A DNA stretch of 64,000 bases from an uncultured Gemmatimonadales bacterium (GCA_963716255.1 OY970303.1:6368001-6432000), one strand, 5' to 3'; counted from the stretch's first letter, positions 20,547-31,210 are shown. The notes: generated from the sequence alone by a model not told the origin. Numbers and translations are program-made.

Positions 20547-21869
20547 ATGAGCATCCTCCCCTGGCTCGTGGTCGCGACCCTGATCGCGCTCACCGGGCTG
20601 TACGTGGCGGCCGAGTTCGCGGCGGTGAGCGTGCGCCGCAGCCGCATCCGCCAGAAGGCCGAGCAGGGCGATGCCCAGGCCCGGCGCATCCTCCCCGTCC
20701 TGGACGACCCCGCCAAGCTCGACAACTACATCGCCGCCTGCCAGGTGGGGATCACCCTCACCAGCCTCATCGTGGGCGCCTACGCGCAGGCCACCATCGC
20801 CGTGCAGCTGCGCCCGCTCTTCCGCGGGCTGTTCGGGCTGAGCGCGTCCGCGGCGCAGTCCACCAGCACCGTGGTGGTGCTGGTGGGGCTCACCGTGCTG
20901 GCGATGGTGCTGGGCGAGCTGGTCCCCAAGTCGGTGGCGCTCCAGTTCCCCACGCGCACCGCCATGGTCACCTCGCTTCCCATGGCGTGGTCGCTCGCCG
21001 TGTTCTCCGGCTCCATCCGCTTCCTCAACGGCAGCGGCGCGCTGATCCTGCGCCTGTTCGGGGCGCACAACGCCGGGCACCGCCACATCCACTCGCCCGA
21101 GGAGATCGACCTGCTGATCGCCGAGAGCCGCGACGGCGGGCTGCTGGAGCCGGACGAGCAGCGCCGCCTGCGCCGCGCGCTCCAGCTGGGGATCCGGCCC
21201 GCGCGGCACCTGATGGTCCCCCGCCCGCAGATCTCCGCCATCGAGGCCGGCACCCCCATGGCCGAGCTGGTACGCACCGTTTCCGAGAGCCCCTACACCC
21301 GGCTCCCGGTGTACCGCGGCACCATCGACAACGTGGTGGGGATGCTCCACACCCGCGACCTGTTCACCCGCTACCTGGAGGGGCGCCCCACCACGGTGGA
21401 GGAGCTGCTGCGCCCCATCCTCATCGTGCACGAGAGCGTCACCGCCGACCGGCTGCTCACCCTCATGCGCGAGCGGCGCAGCCACCAGGCCATCGTCGCC
21501 GACGAGTTCGGCGGGGTGGCGGGGCTGGTGACGCTGGAGGACGTGCTCACCGAGGTGATGGGCGACGTGGGCGACGAGTTCAAGAGCGACGACCCGCGCC
21601 CCGAGCGCCTTCCCGACGGGCGGGTGCGGCTCCCCGGCTTCCTGCGCGTGGACGAGGCCGAGCCGTGGATCGGGGTGTGCCTGCAGGGCGAGGCGGACAC
21701 CGTGGGCGGCCGGGTGGTGGAGGAGCTGGGGCACCTCCCCGAGCCCGGCGACCGGGTGACGGTGGACGGCGTGGAGCTGGAGGTGGAGGAGGTCGTCAAC
21801 CACGCCATCGCCACCGTGATCGCCACGCCGGTGGACACCGGCTGGGACGACGACGAAGAGGAGGCGTGA
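20547..21869 (+). CDS. HlyC/CorC (CNNM-CBS-CorC) family transporter, copy 1
   Basis: AAEFA, QVGIT, GELVPK, YTRLPV, DEFGG...TLEDVL. Confidence 0.93.
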   Translation: MSILPWLVVATLIALTGLYVAAEFAAVSVRRSRIRQKAEQGDAQARRILPVLDDPAKLDNYIAACQVGITLTSLIVGAYAQATIAVQLRPLFRGLFGLSASAAQSTSTVVVLVGLTVLAMVLGELVPKSVALQFPTRTAMVTSLPMAWSLAVFSGSIRFLNGSGALILRLFGAHNAGHRHIHSPEEIDLLIAESRDGGLLEPDEQRRLRRALQLGIRPARHLMVPRPQISAIEAGTPMAELVRTVSESPYTRLPVYRGTIDNVVGMLHTRDLFTRYLEGRPTTVEELLRPILIVHESVTADRLLTLMRERRSHQAIVADEFGGVAGLVTLEDVLTEVMGDVGDEFKSDDPRPERLPDGRVRLPGFLRVDEAEPWIGVCLQGEADTVGGRVVEELGHLPEPGDRVTVDGVELEVEEVVNHAIATVIATPVDTGWDDDEEEA

Positions 21870-21870
21870 G

Positions 21871-23202
21871 GTGGTCACCGTCCTGATCGTCGCCGCGCTG
21901 CTCCTGGCCAACGCCCTGTTCGTGGCCGCGGAGTTCGCCATCGTGGGCGCCCCGCGGGTGTCCGTGGAGCGCCGCGCCGCCGCCGGCGACCGCGTCGCCC
22001 GGACCGTCCTGGGAATCCTCCGCGACCCGCGGCGGCAGGACCGCTACATCGCCACCGCGCAGCTGGGGATCACCGTCGCCAGCCTGGGGCTGGGCATGTA
22101 CGGCGAGCACGCGCTCGCCGCGTGGATCGTGCCCTGGCTGGAGGCCGCCGGGCTGGGGGAGCTGCGCTGGATCGCAGCGCACACCATCGCCAGCATCCTC
22201 GCGGTCGCCATCCTCACCTACTTCCACATCGTCGTCGGGGAGATGGTCCCCAAGTCGCTCGCGCTGCAGCAGCCCGAGCGCACCGCCATGTGGGTGACGC
22301 CGCCGCTGCTGTGGATCCAGATGGCAGTGTACCCGGTCATCCTCGCGCTCAACGCCGTCGGCAACGGCCTCCTGCGGCTGGCCGGGATCGACCGGAGCAC
22401 CGCCACCGGCGAGCACATCCGCACCCCCGAGGAACTGCAGTTCATCGTCCGCGAGAGCCAGGCGGGCGGGCTGCTGCGCAAGGAGTCGGCGGACGTGGTC
22501 CAGGAGCTCCTGGACTGGGCGGAGCTGACCGCCGGCGAGGTGATGGTGCCGCGGGTGCGGATCACCGGCATCCCCCTGGGCGCCTCGTACCAGGACGTGC
22601 GCGAGATCGTGCGCGGCCACCCCCACACGCGCTACCCCGTGTACCGTGGCAGCCTGGACGACATCGTGGGGATGGTGCACGTCAAGGACCTCTTCCGCCG
22701 CCTGCGCAGCCGCCGCTCGGTGCACGCCAACGACGCGCGCCCGGTGCCGTACGTCCCCGAGACCGCCACCATCGACACCGTGTTCGACGCCATGCGCCGC
22801 GCCCGCAGCCAGATGGCGGTGGTCATGGACGAGCACGGCGGCACCGCCGGCGTCATCACCCTGGAAGACCTGTTCGAGGAGGTGGTGGGCGAGATCGAGG
22901 AGGGCCCCGCCGACCACCCCGAGATCTTCCGCGACCCCGCCGGCGTCCTGCACGCCGCCGGCACCGCGCGCATCGAGGAAGTGGGGGATGCCCTCGGCGT
23001 GGTGCTGGAGCACGAGGAGGTGGACACCGTCAGCGGCCTGGTGCTGTCCATCCTGGAGCGTCCCCCCGCCGTGGGCGACTCCGTGGTCTACGACGACGTC
23101 CGCTTCGAGGTCACCCGGGTGGAGGGCCACGGCGTGGCGGAGACCGTCGTGGCCGAGGTCCCCCGCCCGCGCCGCCGCGGCGGCACCGAGGACGACGAGT
23201 AG
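21871..23202 (+). CDS. HlyC/CorC (CNNM-CBS-CorC) family transporter, copy 2
   Basis: FVAAEFA, QLGIT, GEMVPK, HTRYPV, DEHGG...TLEDL. Confidence 0.93.
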   Translation: MVTVLIVAALLLANALFVAAEFAIVGAPRVSVERRAAAGDRVARTVLGILRDPRRQDRYIATAQLGITVASLGLGMYGEHALAAWIVPWLEAAGLGELRWIAAHTIASILAVAILTYFHIVVGEMVPKSLALQQPERTAMWVTPPLLWIQMAVYPVILALNAVGNGLLRLAGIDRSTATGEHIRTPEELQFIVRESQAGGLLRKESADVVQELLDWAELTAGEVMVPRVRITGIPLGASYQDVREIVRGHPHTRYPVYRGSLDDIVGMVHVKDLFRRLRSRRSVHANDARPVPYVPETATIDTVFDAMRRARSQMAVVMDEHGGTAGVITLEDLFEEVVGEIEEGPADHPEIFRDPAGVLHAAGTARIEEVGDALGVVLEHEEVDTVSGLVLSILERPPAVGDSVVYDDVRFEVTRVEGHGVAETVVAEVPRPRRRGGTEDDE

Positions 23203-23311
23203 ACGCAGGACCCGCCGCGCCGCCCCGTCGCGGGGCGGCGCCCGCCGGTGTATCTTTCAGGCGCGGCCCGGGATCCGGGCCGCGCGCGACACCCCACACC
23301 GGCAAGGTCCC

Positions 23312-24424
23312 GTGTCCGATATTCTCCTCGCCTCCCCCGCGGAGGCGGTGCGCGAGGTCGCCGCCCGGACCGAGCGCGGCGAGCGCATCACGACGAAAGA
23401 CGCCGCCACGCTCTGGCACCACGCCCCCGACGACGAGCTCAGGCGCCTGGCGCAGATCGTCCGCGCCCGCTTCCACCGGCCCGACCGCGCCACCTACGTG
23501 GTGATGCGCATCATCAACTACACCAACGTTTGCGTGGCGCAGTGCGACTACTGCGCCTTCTACGTCCTCCCCAACCAGGAGGGCGGCTACGTCCTCACCC
23601 GCGAGGACGTGTTCGCCAAGATCGACGCGCTGCTGGAGGCCGGCGGCGACCTGGTGGGCTTCAACGGCGGCTTCAACCCCAGGCTGCCGCTGCACTACTA
23701 CTGCGACCTGTTCGCGGCGGTGCGCGACCGCTACGGCGACCGGGTGGAGTTCTACGCGCTCACCATCGCCGAGTTCATGTACCTCGCCGACCGCGCCGGG
23801 CTCACCTACCTGGAGACCGCCGCGAAGCTCCGCGACGCCGGCGTGTTCTGGATCACCGGCGGCGGCTCCGAGATCCTCACCGAAGACTTCCGGAAGCGGC
23901 ACACCAGGTTCAAGTACACGGTGGAGCAGTACTTCCAGGCCCAGCGCGCCGTGGTGGACGCCGGCCTGCGCACCACCGCCACCATGGTCATCGGCTTCGA
24001 CGAGACACTGGACGAGCGGCTGGAGCACCTGCAGCGCACCCGCGACTTCCAGGACGGGTGCCTCGCCGACGGGCTCCCCGGGCTCTTCTCCTTCCTCTGC
24101 TGGACGTACAAGCCGTACGGCACCGCGCTCGCCGGGCGCGAGATCGAGCCGCGCGAGTACCACCGGCACATGGCGCTGTCCCGAATTTTCCTGGACAACG
24201 TGCGGCACATGCGCACCTCCGTCCTCACGCTCAACGAGGACGCGTTCCGGGGGCTGGAGTTCGGCGCCGACGACTTCGACCTGCCCATCGAGGACGAGGT
24301 GACCCAGAAGGCCGGAGCGACCATCGACACGGACCTCACGCGCCTGCTCGAGATCCCGCGTTCCATGGGGTACACGGTGGAGTATCGCCGCGCCGAGCGC
24401 CCGGAGTTCACGGCGACGGCCTGA
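23312..24424 (+). CDS. mqnC: CofH/MqnC-family radical SAM protein, probable cyclic dehypoxanthinyl futalosine synthase
   Basis: INYTNVCVAQCDYCAFY (CxxxCxxC), GGGSEIL, TTATMVIG, FGADD. Confidence 0.75.
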   Translation: MSDILLASPAEAVREVAARTERGERITTKDAATLWHHAPDDELRRLAQIVRARFHRPDRATYVVMRIINYTNVCVAQCDYCAFYVLPNQEGGYVLTREDVFAKIDALLEAGGDLVGFNGGFNPRLPLHYYCDLFAAVRDRYGDRVEFYALTIAEFMYLADRAGLTYLETAAKLRDAGVFWITGGGSEILTEDFRKRHTRFKYTVEQYFQAQRAVVDAGLRTTATMVIGFDETLDERLEHLQRTRDFQDGCLADGLPGLFSFLCWTYKPYGTALAGREIEPREYHRHMALSRIFLDNVRHMRTSVLTLNEDAFRGLEFGADDFDLPIEDEVTQKAGATIDTDLTRLLEIPRSMGYTVEYRRAERPEFTATA

Positions 24425-24446
24425 AGGTTTTTGAGCTGACGGGTTC

Positions 24447-24574
24447 GGGCGTGTCCCCGGCTGCCGCCGGGGTCGGGCTTCGGCTCCGTAGGGCTGCAAA
24501 CAACGCAGCCCAACGGAGTCGAGCCCCCGCAAACTGCGCGGGGTCTCGCCCCTTCGGGCCGAAATCCCTCACGC
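24447..24574 (+). repeat. Structured repeat A, copy 4
   Basis: Full element; stem GGGCTGC-AAACAAC-GCAGCCC. Confidence 0.95.
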
Positions 24575-24580
24575 AACGGC

Positions 24581-24635
24581 GGCCCCCACCCGGCTCGCTT
24601 GAGGCTCGCCACCCTCCCCCAATTCTGTGGGAGGG
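24581..24635 (+). repeat. Repeat family D unit
   Basis: GGCCCCCACCCGGCTCGCT...CCCTCCCCCAATTCTGTGGGAGGG. Confidence 0.8.
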
Positions 24636-24665
24636 CTGGTCGCAGGTCAGGGTTGTTGCCGTTGC

Positions 24666-24792
24666 GATCTGCGCCGGGAGGTCGGGGGAGGGTCCGCAGG
24701 CGGTGCGTTTGTTCGAAGCCAGCGTGATCCTGCATTCGCTCGGAGGGTGGGCGAGTTTCGCACCGCCGGAGGAGCCTCCCCCGGCCGACCCC
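24666..24792 (+). repeat. Structured repeat C, copy 1
   Basis: GGAGGTCGG...GGCGGTGCG-TTTGTTCGAAGCC...GCGAGT...CGCACCGCC...CCGACCCC; homologous to 31293-31440 and 43323-43468. Confidence 0.9.
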
Positions 24793-24859
24793 ATACCCGG
24801 AGCCGGCCGAAGCGCCCCGGCGCGAGCCCGGCCCCAGGCCACAATCCAAAGAAGCAGCT

Positions 24860-25705
24860 TTGAGCCTGAAGGACACGCTTCTCGACCTGTTCGGCTTCGT
24901 GCCGCCTTCGCCCCCCTCGCCTCCGGCGGCGGGGGCGAAGTCCAATGCGCAGCCGCCGCCGCGGCCCGCGCCGTCGAAGCCCGCAGGCGACCCGCCGTCC
25001 CGGCCGCGGCCCCGGAGGCGCGCCGCGGCGCCTGCCGCGCCGGCGCCTGGCTCCGGCGCTGGCGTCGTGCGCGACGAGGAGGCGGTGCTCGCGGTGGTCA
25101 GGAAGGCGGGAGGCGCCTTCCGGCGCGTGGTGTTCACGCGCAACCGGCGGGTGATGGCGTCGGTGGCGGAGGGCGGCGCGGCGCTGCGGCTCAACGCCGC
25201 GTTCGCCGGCGCGCCGGAGGCGGTGCTGGCGGCGGTGGCCGTGCTGTTCTCCGCGCGGGAGCGGCGGCGGCGCGCGGCGGCGCGCGAGACCGTGCGGCGG
25301 TTCATCCGGGAGCTGCCGGCCGCTCCCGCGGCCGCGCGCAGGGCGCGCCGCGTCCCCGCCGCCGACCGGCCGCACCTGGAGCGCCTGCGCGCCGAGTTCG
25401 ACCGAGTCAACCGGGAGCACTTCGGCGGCGAGCTCCCCGGGGTGCCCCTCTTCCTCAGCGGGCGCATGAAGAGCCGCAACGGGCACTTCTCGTCGCACCC
25501 GCTGGAGATCGTCATCTCGCGCCGGCTGTGCACCCACGCCCAGGACGGCGAGGCCGAGCGCACGCTCCGCCACGAGATGATCCACCTGTGGCAGCACGCC
25601 GCCGGCGGCAGGCCCGACCACGGCCGCGAATTCCGTGCGTGGGCCCACCGCCTGGGCGTTCATCCCCGCGCCACGCGTCCCGTCGCGTGGAAACGCGGCT
25701 CGTAA
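24860..25705 (+). CDS. SprT-like zinc metalloprotease domain protein
   Basis: TLRHEMIHLWQ (HExxH) followed by DHGREFR. Confidence 0.85.
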   Translation: MSLKDTLLDLFGFVPPSPPSPPAAGAKSNAQPPPRPAPSKPAGDPPSRPRPRRRAAAPAAPAPGSGAGVVRDEEAVLAVVRKAGGAFRRVVFTRNRRVMASVAEGGAALRLNAAFAGAPEAVLAAVAVLFSARERRRRAAARETVRRFIRELPAAPAAARRARRVPAADRPHLERLRAEFDRVNREHFGGELPGVPLFLSGRMKSRNGHFSSHPLEIVISRRLCTHAQDGEAERTLRHEMIHLWQHAAGGRPDHGREFRAWAHRLGVHPRATRPVAWKRGS

Positions 25706-25779
25706 CCGGCGCCTTGCCGCGCCGCTGCGGCAGCGGCTACCTTGCGCCACCTCGATCCCCCCTGACCCGGAGCACACGA

Positions 25780-27774
25780 ATGTCGCGAAGGCTCGGCGCC
25801 GCCGCAGCAGCACTCCTCGTCCTGCTGCCGGGGTGCGTTGCCCCCCGCAGCGCCCCCGTGCCCGCCCGCATCGGCATCGCGGCGGAGCCCGCCGCGGTCC
25901 TCGCCCCCGGCACCCCGGGGCGACCCGTCCCGTCCGCCGTCGTCCCGCCCTTCGGGTTCCAGGAGGCCGTCGCGGCCGGCACCCGCACCGCGACCGGCGC
26001 TCCCGGGCCGCGCTACTGGAGCCAGTGGGCCGACTACCGGCTCACCGCCTCGCTCGACACCGGGCGCAAGCGGCTCTCCGGCACCGCGCGCATCACCTAC
26101 CACAACCGCTCGCCCGACACCCTCGCCGTCGTCTACCTCCACCTGTACCACAACTACAGCGCCCCCGGCGCGGTCCGCAACGACGACGCCGAGGACCCCG
26201 TGGGCGGCGTCACCCTGACCCGCTTCGCCGCGCAGGGGCGGACGCTGCGCGAGGACGACGGCTACTCCGTGAACGGCACCACCATGCGGGTGCGCCTCCC
26301 GCGCCCCCTGGCCCCCGGCGACACCCTGCCGATGGAGGCCGAGTGGTCGTTCCCCATCTCGCAGAACCTCGCCGAGCGCGCCGGGTGGGACGAGGACAAC
26401 CTGTTCTTTTTGGCGTACTTCTACCCGCAGGTGGCGGTGTACGACGACGTCGCCGGGTGGCACACCGACCAGCACCGGGGGCTCGCCGAGTTCTACGCCG
26501 GCTTCGGCAGCTACGACGTCACGGTCGACGCCCCCGAGGGGTGGGTCGTCTCCGCCACCGGCGAGCTCCGCAACGAGGCCGAGGTGTTCCCCGCGCCGGT
26601 GCTCGAGCGGCTGCGGCGGGCGCGCGGCAGCGACTCCGTGGTGCACGTGCTGACCGCCGCCGACTTCGGCCCCGGGCGCGCCACCCGCGACGTCCCCGGC
26701 GACCGGCTGCGCTGGCACTTCCGGGCCGACAGCGTCCGCGACTTCGCCTTCGGCGCCACCCGCGAGTCCATGTGGGACGCCGTGCGCGCCCCCGTCGGAG
26801 ACGGGCGGGGCGGCTACACCCTCGCCTCCGCCCTGTACCGCGCCCCCGCCACCCGCTGGGTCGGCGCCGCCCGCTACGTCCGGGACGGGGTCGAGCTCGG
26901 CGCGCGGCTCACGGGGTACCCGTACCCCTGGCCGCACATGACCTCCATCGAGGGCGAGGGCATCATCGGCGGGGGGATGGAGTACCCCATGATGACCCTC
27001 ATCGGCGCGCTCGGCGCACCCACCGACGAGCCGCTGTACGGCGTGACCGTGCACGAAGTGCTGCACATGTGGGTGCCCATGATCGTCAGCACCGACGAGA
27101 CCCGCTACGGGTGGATGGACGAGGGGATGACCAACTTCGGGGAGACCACCGCCACCATGGCGCGCTTCCCCCGGCCGGCCGGACAGACGCAGCTCGCCGG
27201 CGAGCAGGGATCCTACCTCGCCCTCGCCAGGGCCGGGGGAGAGGGCGAGATGATCCGCTGGTCCGACTTCCACTACTCGGACCAGGCCTTCAACGTCGCG
27301 TCGTACCCAAAGCCCACCGCCGTGCTGTTCGCGCTGCGCGAGCTCCTGGGCGACGAAGTCTTCAGCCGCGGGTACCAGGCCTTCATCCGCGGCTGGGCGT
27401 TCCGGCAGCCCACCCCGTGGGACTTCTTCAACGCCATGGAAAGCGCCGCCGGACGCGACCTGGACTGGTTCTGGACCCCCTGGTTCTACACCACCTGGAC
27501 GCTGGACCAGGGCGTGGCGGCCGTGACCCGGGACGACGCCGGGACCACGGTGGAGATCCGCGACCTGGGGAACGTGCCCATGCCCGTTCGCGTGCGCATC
27601 ACCCGGGAGAGCGGCGAGACCCTGGACCGCGAGGTCCCGGTGGAGACCTGGCTGGGCGGCGCCCGCGCCGCCACCGTGCGCGTCCCCGCCGGCTCCCCCG
27701 TCGTCCGGGTCGAGATCGACCCGTCCGGCGCCTGGCCCGACATCGACCGCCGGAACAACGTCTGGACCCGCTAG
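25780..27774 (+). CDS. M1 family metallopeptidase, lipoprotein
   Basis: Lipobox LPGC; GGMEYP, HEVLH...WMDEG, YPK. Confidence 0.92.
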   Translation: MSRRLGAAAAALLVLLPGCVAPRSAPVPARIGIAAEPAAVLAPGTPGRPVPSAVVPPFGFQEAVAAGTRTATGAPGPRYWSQWADYRLTASLDTGRKRLSGTARITYHNRSPDTLAVVYLHLYHNYSAPGAVRNDDAEDPVGGVTLTRFAAQGRTLREDDGYSVNGTTMRVRLPRPLAPGDTLPMEAEWSFPISQNLAERAGWDEDNLFFLAYFYPQVAVYDDVAGWHTDQHRGLAEFYAGFGSYDVTVDAPEGWVVSATGELRNEAEVFPAPVLERLRRARGSDSVVHVLTAADFGPGRATRDVPGDRLRWHFRADSVRDFAFGATRESMWDAVRAPVGDGRGGYTLASALYRAPATRWVGAARYVRDGVELGARLTGYPYPWPHMTSIEGEGIIGGGMEYPMMTLIGALGAPTDEPLYGVTVHEVLHMWVPMIVSTDETRYGWMDEGMTNFGETTATMARFPRPAGQTQLAGEQGSYLALARAGGEGEMIRWSDFHYSDQAFNVASYPKPTAVLFALRELLGDEVFSRGYQAFIRGWAFRQPTPWDFFNAMESAAGRDLDWFWTPWFYTTWTLDQGVAAVTRDDAGTTVEIRDLGNVPMPVRVRITRESGETLDREVPVETWLGGARAATVRVPAGSPVVRVEIDPSGAWPDIDRRNNVWTR

Positions 27775-27860
27775 GTAGCACCCGGCGGGAGCTCGCTCCC
27801 CGCGGGGCGGCCGCCCGGGCCGCCCCGCTTTCCCGTACACCAGCCCGGAGCCCCGACACC

Positions 27861-29465
27861 TTGGCCAACACAGGCTCGCGCGGTCCGCGGACCGCCCTCC
27901 CGCTCGCCCTGCTCGCGCTCGCCGGGTGCGCCGCCGGCACGCCCGCCGCCGGTCCCGCGGCCACCGGCCCCACGCCGGCCGCCCCCGCGCCCGCGGGCGC
28001 ATCCTTCGGCGCGCCCATCACCGCCGAGGAGATCCGCGCGCGGCTCGGCGTCGTCGCCAACGACTCCATGCGCGGCCGCGAGACCGGCACCCCCGGCGCC
28101 CGCATGGCCGCAGACTACATCGTGCGCGAGCTCACCCGCATGGGCGTCCGCCCCGCCGGCGACGGCGGCACCTACCTGGCGCGCGTCCCGCTGGTGCAGG
28201 GCGGCGCGAGCATCGAAGCGTCCGCCCGCACCTCCCGCGGCGAGGCGGCGCTCGGCGCCGCCGACCTGGCGCTGCTTTCCGGGCTCAGCGACGCCCCGCC
28301 GAGCCCCCGTCCCACCGGGGAGGGTCCCATCGTGTTCGGCGGCTACCAGGCCGACCCCACCGTCACCCCCGCCCAGGAGCTGCGCCCCGAGCAGCTGCGC
28401 GGCGCAGTACTCGTCCTCCGCTACGGCGCCCCGGAGGGAGTCACCGCCGCGGGCGAGCGCTACGACCTGAGCCAGCTCTGGGCCCCCGCGAGCCCCGTGG
28501 CCGCCGTGCTGCTGGTGAACGAGGGCGGCCTCATGCAGCAGGCGTGGGACTACCTGCACCAGGACACCGGGCTGCGGCTGGACACCGGCGCGCAGCCGTC
28601 CCAGTCGGGCGGCGGCCCCCCCGTGTTCATCGTCTCGCCCGCCGCCGCCGAGCGGCTGCTGGGCGGCCCGCTCAGCCGGAAGCCGCGCGCCGGGCTGGGC
28701 ACCTTCCGCTGGCGCGTGCGCGAGGGCGAGGGCCGGGTGGACGCGTGGAACGTGGTGGGCGTCCTCCCGGGGAGCGACCCCGCCCGCGCCAGCGAGTACG
28801 TGGCCGTGGGCGCGCACTACGACCACATCGGCATCACCGGGCCGGTGGCCGGCGACTCCATCAACAACGGCGCCGACGACGACGGCAGCGGCACCGTCGC
28901 CGTGCTCGCCATCGCCAACCGCTACGCCGCGCTCCCGCAGGCGCAGCGCCCCGCCCGGTCGCTGCTCTTCGTGTGGCACACCGGCGAGGAAGAGGGGCTG
29001 CTGGGCTCCGAGTGGCTCACCGACCACCCCACGGTGCCGCGCGAATCCATCGTCGCCCAGCTCAACATCGACATGATCGGGCGCAACCACCCCGACTCCG
29101 TGTACCTGGTGGGCTCGCGCCGCGTCTCCACCCAGCTGGGGCAGCTGGTCGAGGCCGCCAACGCCCGGCAGGCGCGCCCCATGGGGCTGGACTACACCTT
29201 CGACGCCCCCGGGCACCCGGAGCAGATCTACTGCCGCTCCGACCACTACAACTACGCGCGCTACGGCATCCCCATCACCTTCTTCACCACCGGGCTCCAC
29301 GACGACTACCACAAGCCGTCCGACGAGCTGGACAAGATCGACTTCACCAAGCTGGCGCGGATCACCGGGCTGATCTCCGACATCGTGGGCGAGGTGGCGA
29401 GCGCGCCGGGCCGTCCCGCGGTGGACCAGCCGGTTCCGCCCCTTGGGACTCCGTGTACGCAGTGA
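27861..29465 (+). CDS. M28 family peptidase, lipoprotein
   Basis: Lipobox LAGC; GAHYDH, NGADDDGSG, GEEEGLLGS, NIDMIG, RSDHY, DYHKPSD. Confidence 0.93.
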   Translation: MANTGSRGPRTALPLALLALAGCAAGTPAAGPAATGPTPAAPAPAGASFGAPITAEEIRARLGVVANDSMRGRETGTPGARMAADYIVRELTRMGVRPAGDGGTYLARVPLVQGGASIEASARTSRGEAALGAADLALLSGLSDAPPSPRPTGEGPIVFGGYQADPTVTPAQELRPEQLRGAVLVLRYGAPEGVTAAGERYDLSQLWAPASPVAAVLLVNEGGLMQQAWDYLHQDTGLRLDTGAQPSQSGGGPPVFIVSPAAAERLLGGPLSRKPRAGLGTFRWRVREGEGRVDAWNVVGVLPGSDPARASEYVAVGAHYDHIGITGPVAGDSINNGADDDGSGTVAVLAIANRYAALPQAQRPARSLLFVWHTGEEEGLLGSEWLTDHPTVPRESIVAQLNIDMIGRNHPDSVYLVGSRRVSTQLGQLVEAANARQARPMGLDYTFDAPGHPEQIYCRSDHYNYARYGIPITFFTTGLHDDYHKPSDELDKIDFTKLARITGLISDIVGEVASAPGRPAVDQPVPPLGTPCTQ

Positions 29466-29487
29466 CGTTCAGCGAGTCTATGACTTA

Positions 29488-29660
29488 GGGGACCGCTACG
29501 GAGCCGGACGATACAGCCGTCCGTCTCCTCCGCGGGCTCCGGGAGCCAGGCCAAACTACCGGCCTGTCTCCCTCCGCCGGGGGGAGCCTCGCCAAACGAC
29601 CGGCGAGTCTCCCCCCGGACAGCTTCATGTGGGTACGGCGAACTGCAACGGCGGAACGGC
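29488..29660 (+). repeat. Structured repeat B, copy 2
   Basis: Three GGAGCC-N5-loop-N5'-GTCTCC modules starting at 29500. Confidence 0.9.
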
Positions 29661-29761
29661 GCCCCCTGCGCGCCGGACCCGCGGCCACCTTTCGCCGGTC
29701 CCGCCCCCCGGCTACCTTCCCGGCTCCACCCCAAATCCCCAACTCCGCACCCGGACGCCCC

Positions 29762-31042
29762 GTGAGCCGCACCACCACCGCTCTCGCCGCCGCCTCGTTC
29801 GCCGCGCTCCTCGCCCTCCCCGTGGACGCCCCCGCCCAGGCGGGCCGCGCCCAGGCGCGCCCCCTGCCCGTGCCCGCGGGCAACGCCCGTGTGAGGGAAG
29901 CCCTCGCCTACCTGGAGCGCACCGAGCCGCAGACCATCGAGGAGCAGGTCGCCCTCTGCCAGATCCCCGCGCCCCCGTTCAAGGAGGCCGCGCGCGCCGA
30001 GGAGTTCCGCCGCCGGCTGGCGGCGCAGGGGCTCCGCAACGTGCGCATCGACGCCGAGGGCAACGTCATCGGCGAGCGTCCGGGGGAGGCCGGCGGACCC
30101 ACCCTGGTGGTTTCCGGGCACCTGGACACGGTGTTCCCCGAGGGCACCGACGTCACCGTGAAGCGCGAGGGCACCGTGCTGCGCGGCCCCGGCATCGGCG
30201 ACGACTGCCGCGGGCTGGCCGTGGTGCTCGCCACCGCGCGCGCGCTGGACGCCGCAAAGGTGCGCACCCGCGGCACGGTTCTGTTCGTCGGCACCGTGGG
30301 CGAGGAAGGCGAGGGCGACCTGCGCGGTGTGCGTCACCTGTTCGGCAGCGAGCTCAAGGACCGCGTGGACTACTTCGTGTCCGTGGACGGCACCGGCATC
30401 GGCGTCACCAGGGACGCCGTGGGGAGCCACCGCTACCGCGTCACCTACAAGGGGCCGGGCGGGCACAGCTACGGGTCCTTCGGCATGCCCAACCCCATGC
30501 ACGCGCTGGGGCGCGCCATCGCCACCATCGCCGACTTCCAGGTCCCCGCCGACCCCAAGGTCACCTTCAGCGTGGGCGTGGTGGAGGGCGGCACCTCGGT
30601 CAACTCCATCGCCGCCAGCGCCAGCATGCTGGTGGACATGCGCTCCGTGGACCCCGCCGCGCTCCGGTCGCTGGACGAGCGCTTCCAGCGGGCCATTCGC
30701 GAAGCCCTCGCCGCCGAGAACGCCCGCTGGCGCAGCGACGTGCAGCTCACCGTGCAGGTGGACACCGCCGGCATCCGCCCCGCCGGCACCCAGCCCGCCG
30801 ACGCCCCGGTGGTCCGCGCCGCGCTCGACGCGGCCCGCGCGCTCGGGCTCCAGGCGCCCGTCGGCGCGTCCAGCACCGACGCCAACATCGCCATCAGCAT
30901 GGGCATTCCCGCGGTCACCATCGACGGCGGCGGCTACGGCGGCGGGGCACACGCGCTGGACGAGTGGTTCGACACCCGCGACAGCCACAAGGGCACGCAG
31001 TGGGCGCTTTTGTACGTGGCGACACTTGCCGGGGTTCGTTGA
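29762..31042 (+). CDS. M20/M25/M40 family metallo-hydrolase, secreted
   Basis: Signal peptide; GHLDTVF, PGIGDD, VGEEG, STDAN, AHALDE. Confidence 0.92.
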   Translation: MSRTTTALAAASFAALLALPVDAPAQAGRAQARPLPVPAGNARVREALAYLERTEPQTIEEQVALCQIPAPPFKEAARAEEFRRRLAAQGLRNVRIDAEGNVIGERPGEAGGPTLVVSGHLDTVFPEGTDVTVKREGTVLRGPGIGDDCRGLAVVLATARALDAAKVRTRGTVLFVGTVGEEGEGDLRGVRHLFGSELKDRVDYFVSVDGTGIGVTRDAVGSHRYRVTYKGPGGHSYGSFGMPNPMHALGRAIATIADFQVPADPKVTFSVGVVEGGTSVNSIAASASMLVDMRSVDPAALRSLDERFQRAIREALAAENARWRSDVQLTVQVDTAGIRPAGTQPADAPVVRAALDAARALGLQAPVGASSTDANIAISMGIPAVTIDGGGYGGGAHALDEWFDTRDSHKGTQWALLYVATLAGVR

Positions 31043-31058
31043 ACGGAACGGCAGGTTT

Positions 31059-31186
31059 GGGTGTGCCCCCGGCTGGCGCCGGGGTCGGGCTTCGGCTCCG
31101 TAACGCAGCAAACAACGCTGCGTAACGGAGTCGAGCCCCGGCAAACTGCGCCGGGTCTCGCCCCTTCGGGCCGAAATCCCTCACGC
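31059..31186 (+). repeat. Structured repeat A, copy 5
   Basis: Full element; stem ACGCAGC-AAACAAC-GCTGCGT. Confidence 0.95.
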
Positions 31187-31210
31187 GGGGCTCGCGCTGG
31201 CGTCCGCGGG

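Noticed and set aside
23248..27774. 1508-aa ORF (and 25635-29465, 19260-21941) as giant fusion proteins
   Set aside because: Only the 3' parts carry real domains (M1, M28, GntR); the upstream parts are stop-free off-frame reads through other genes and repeats
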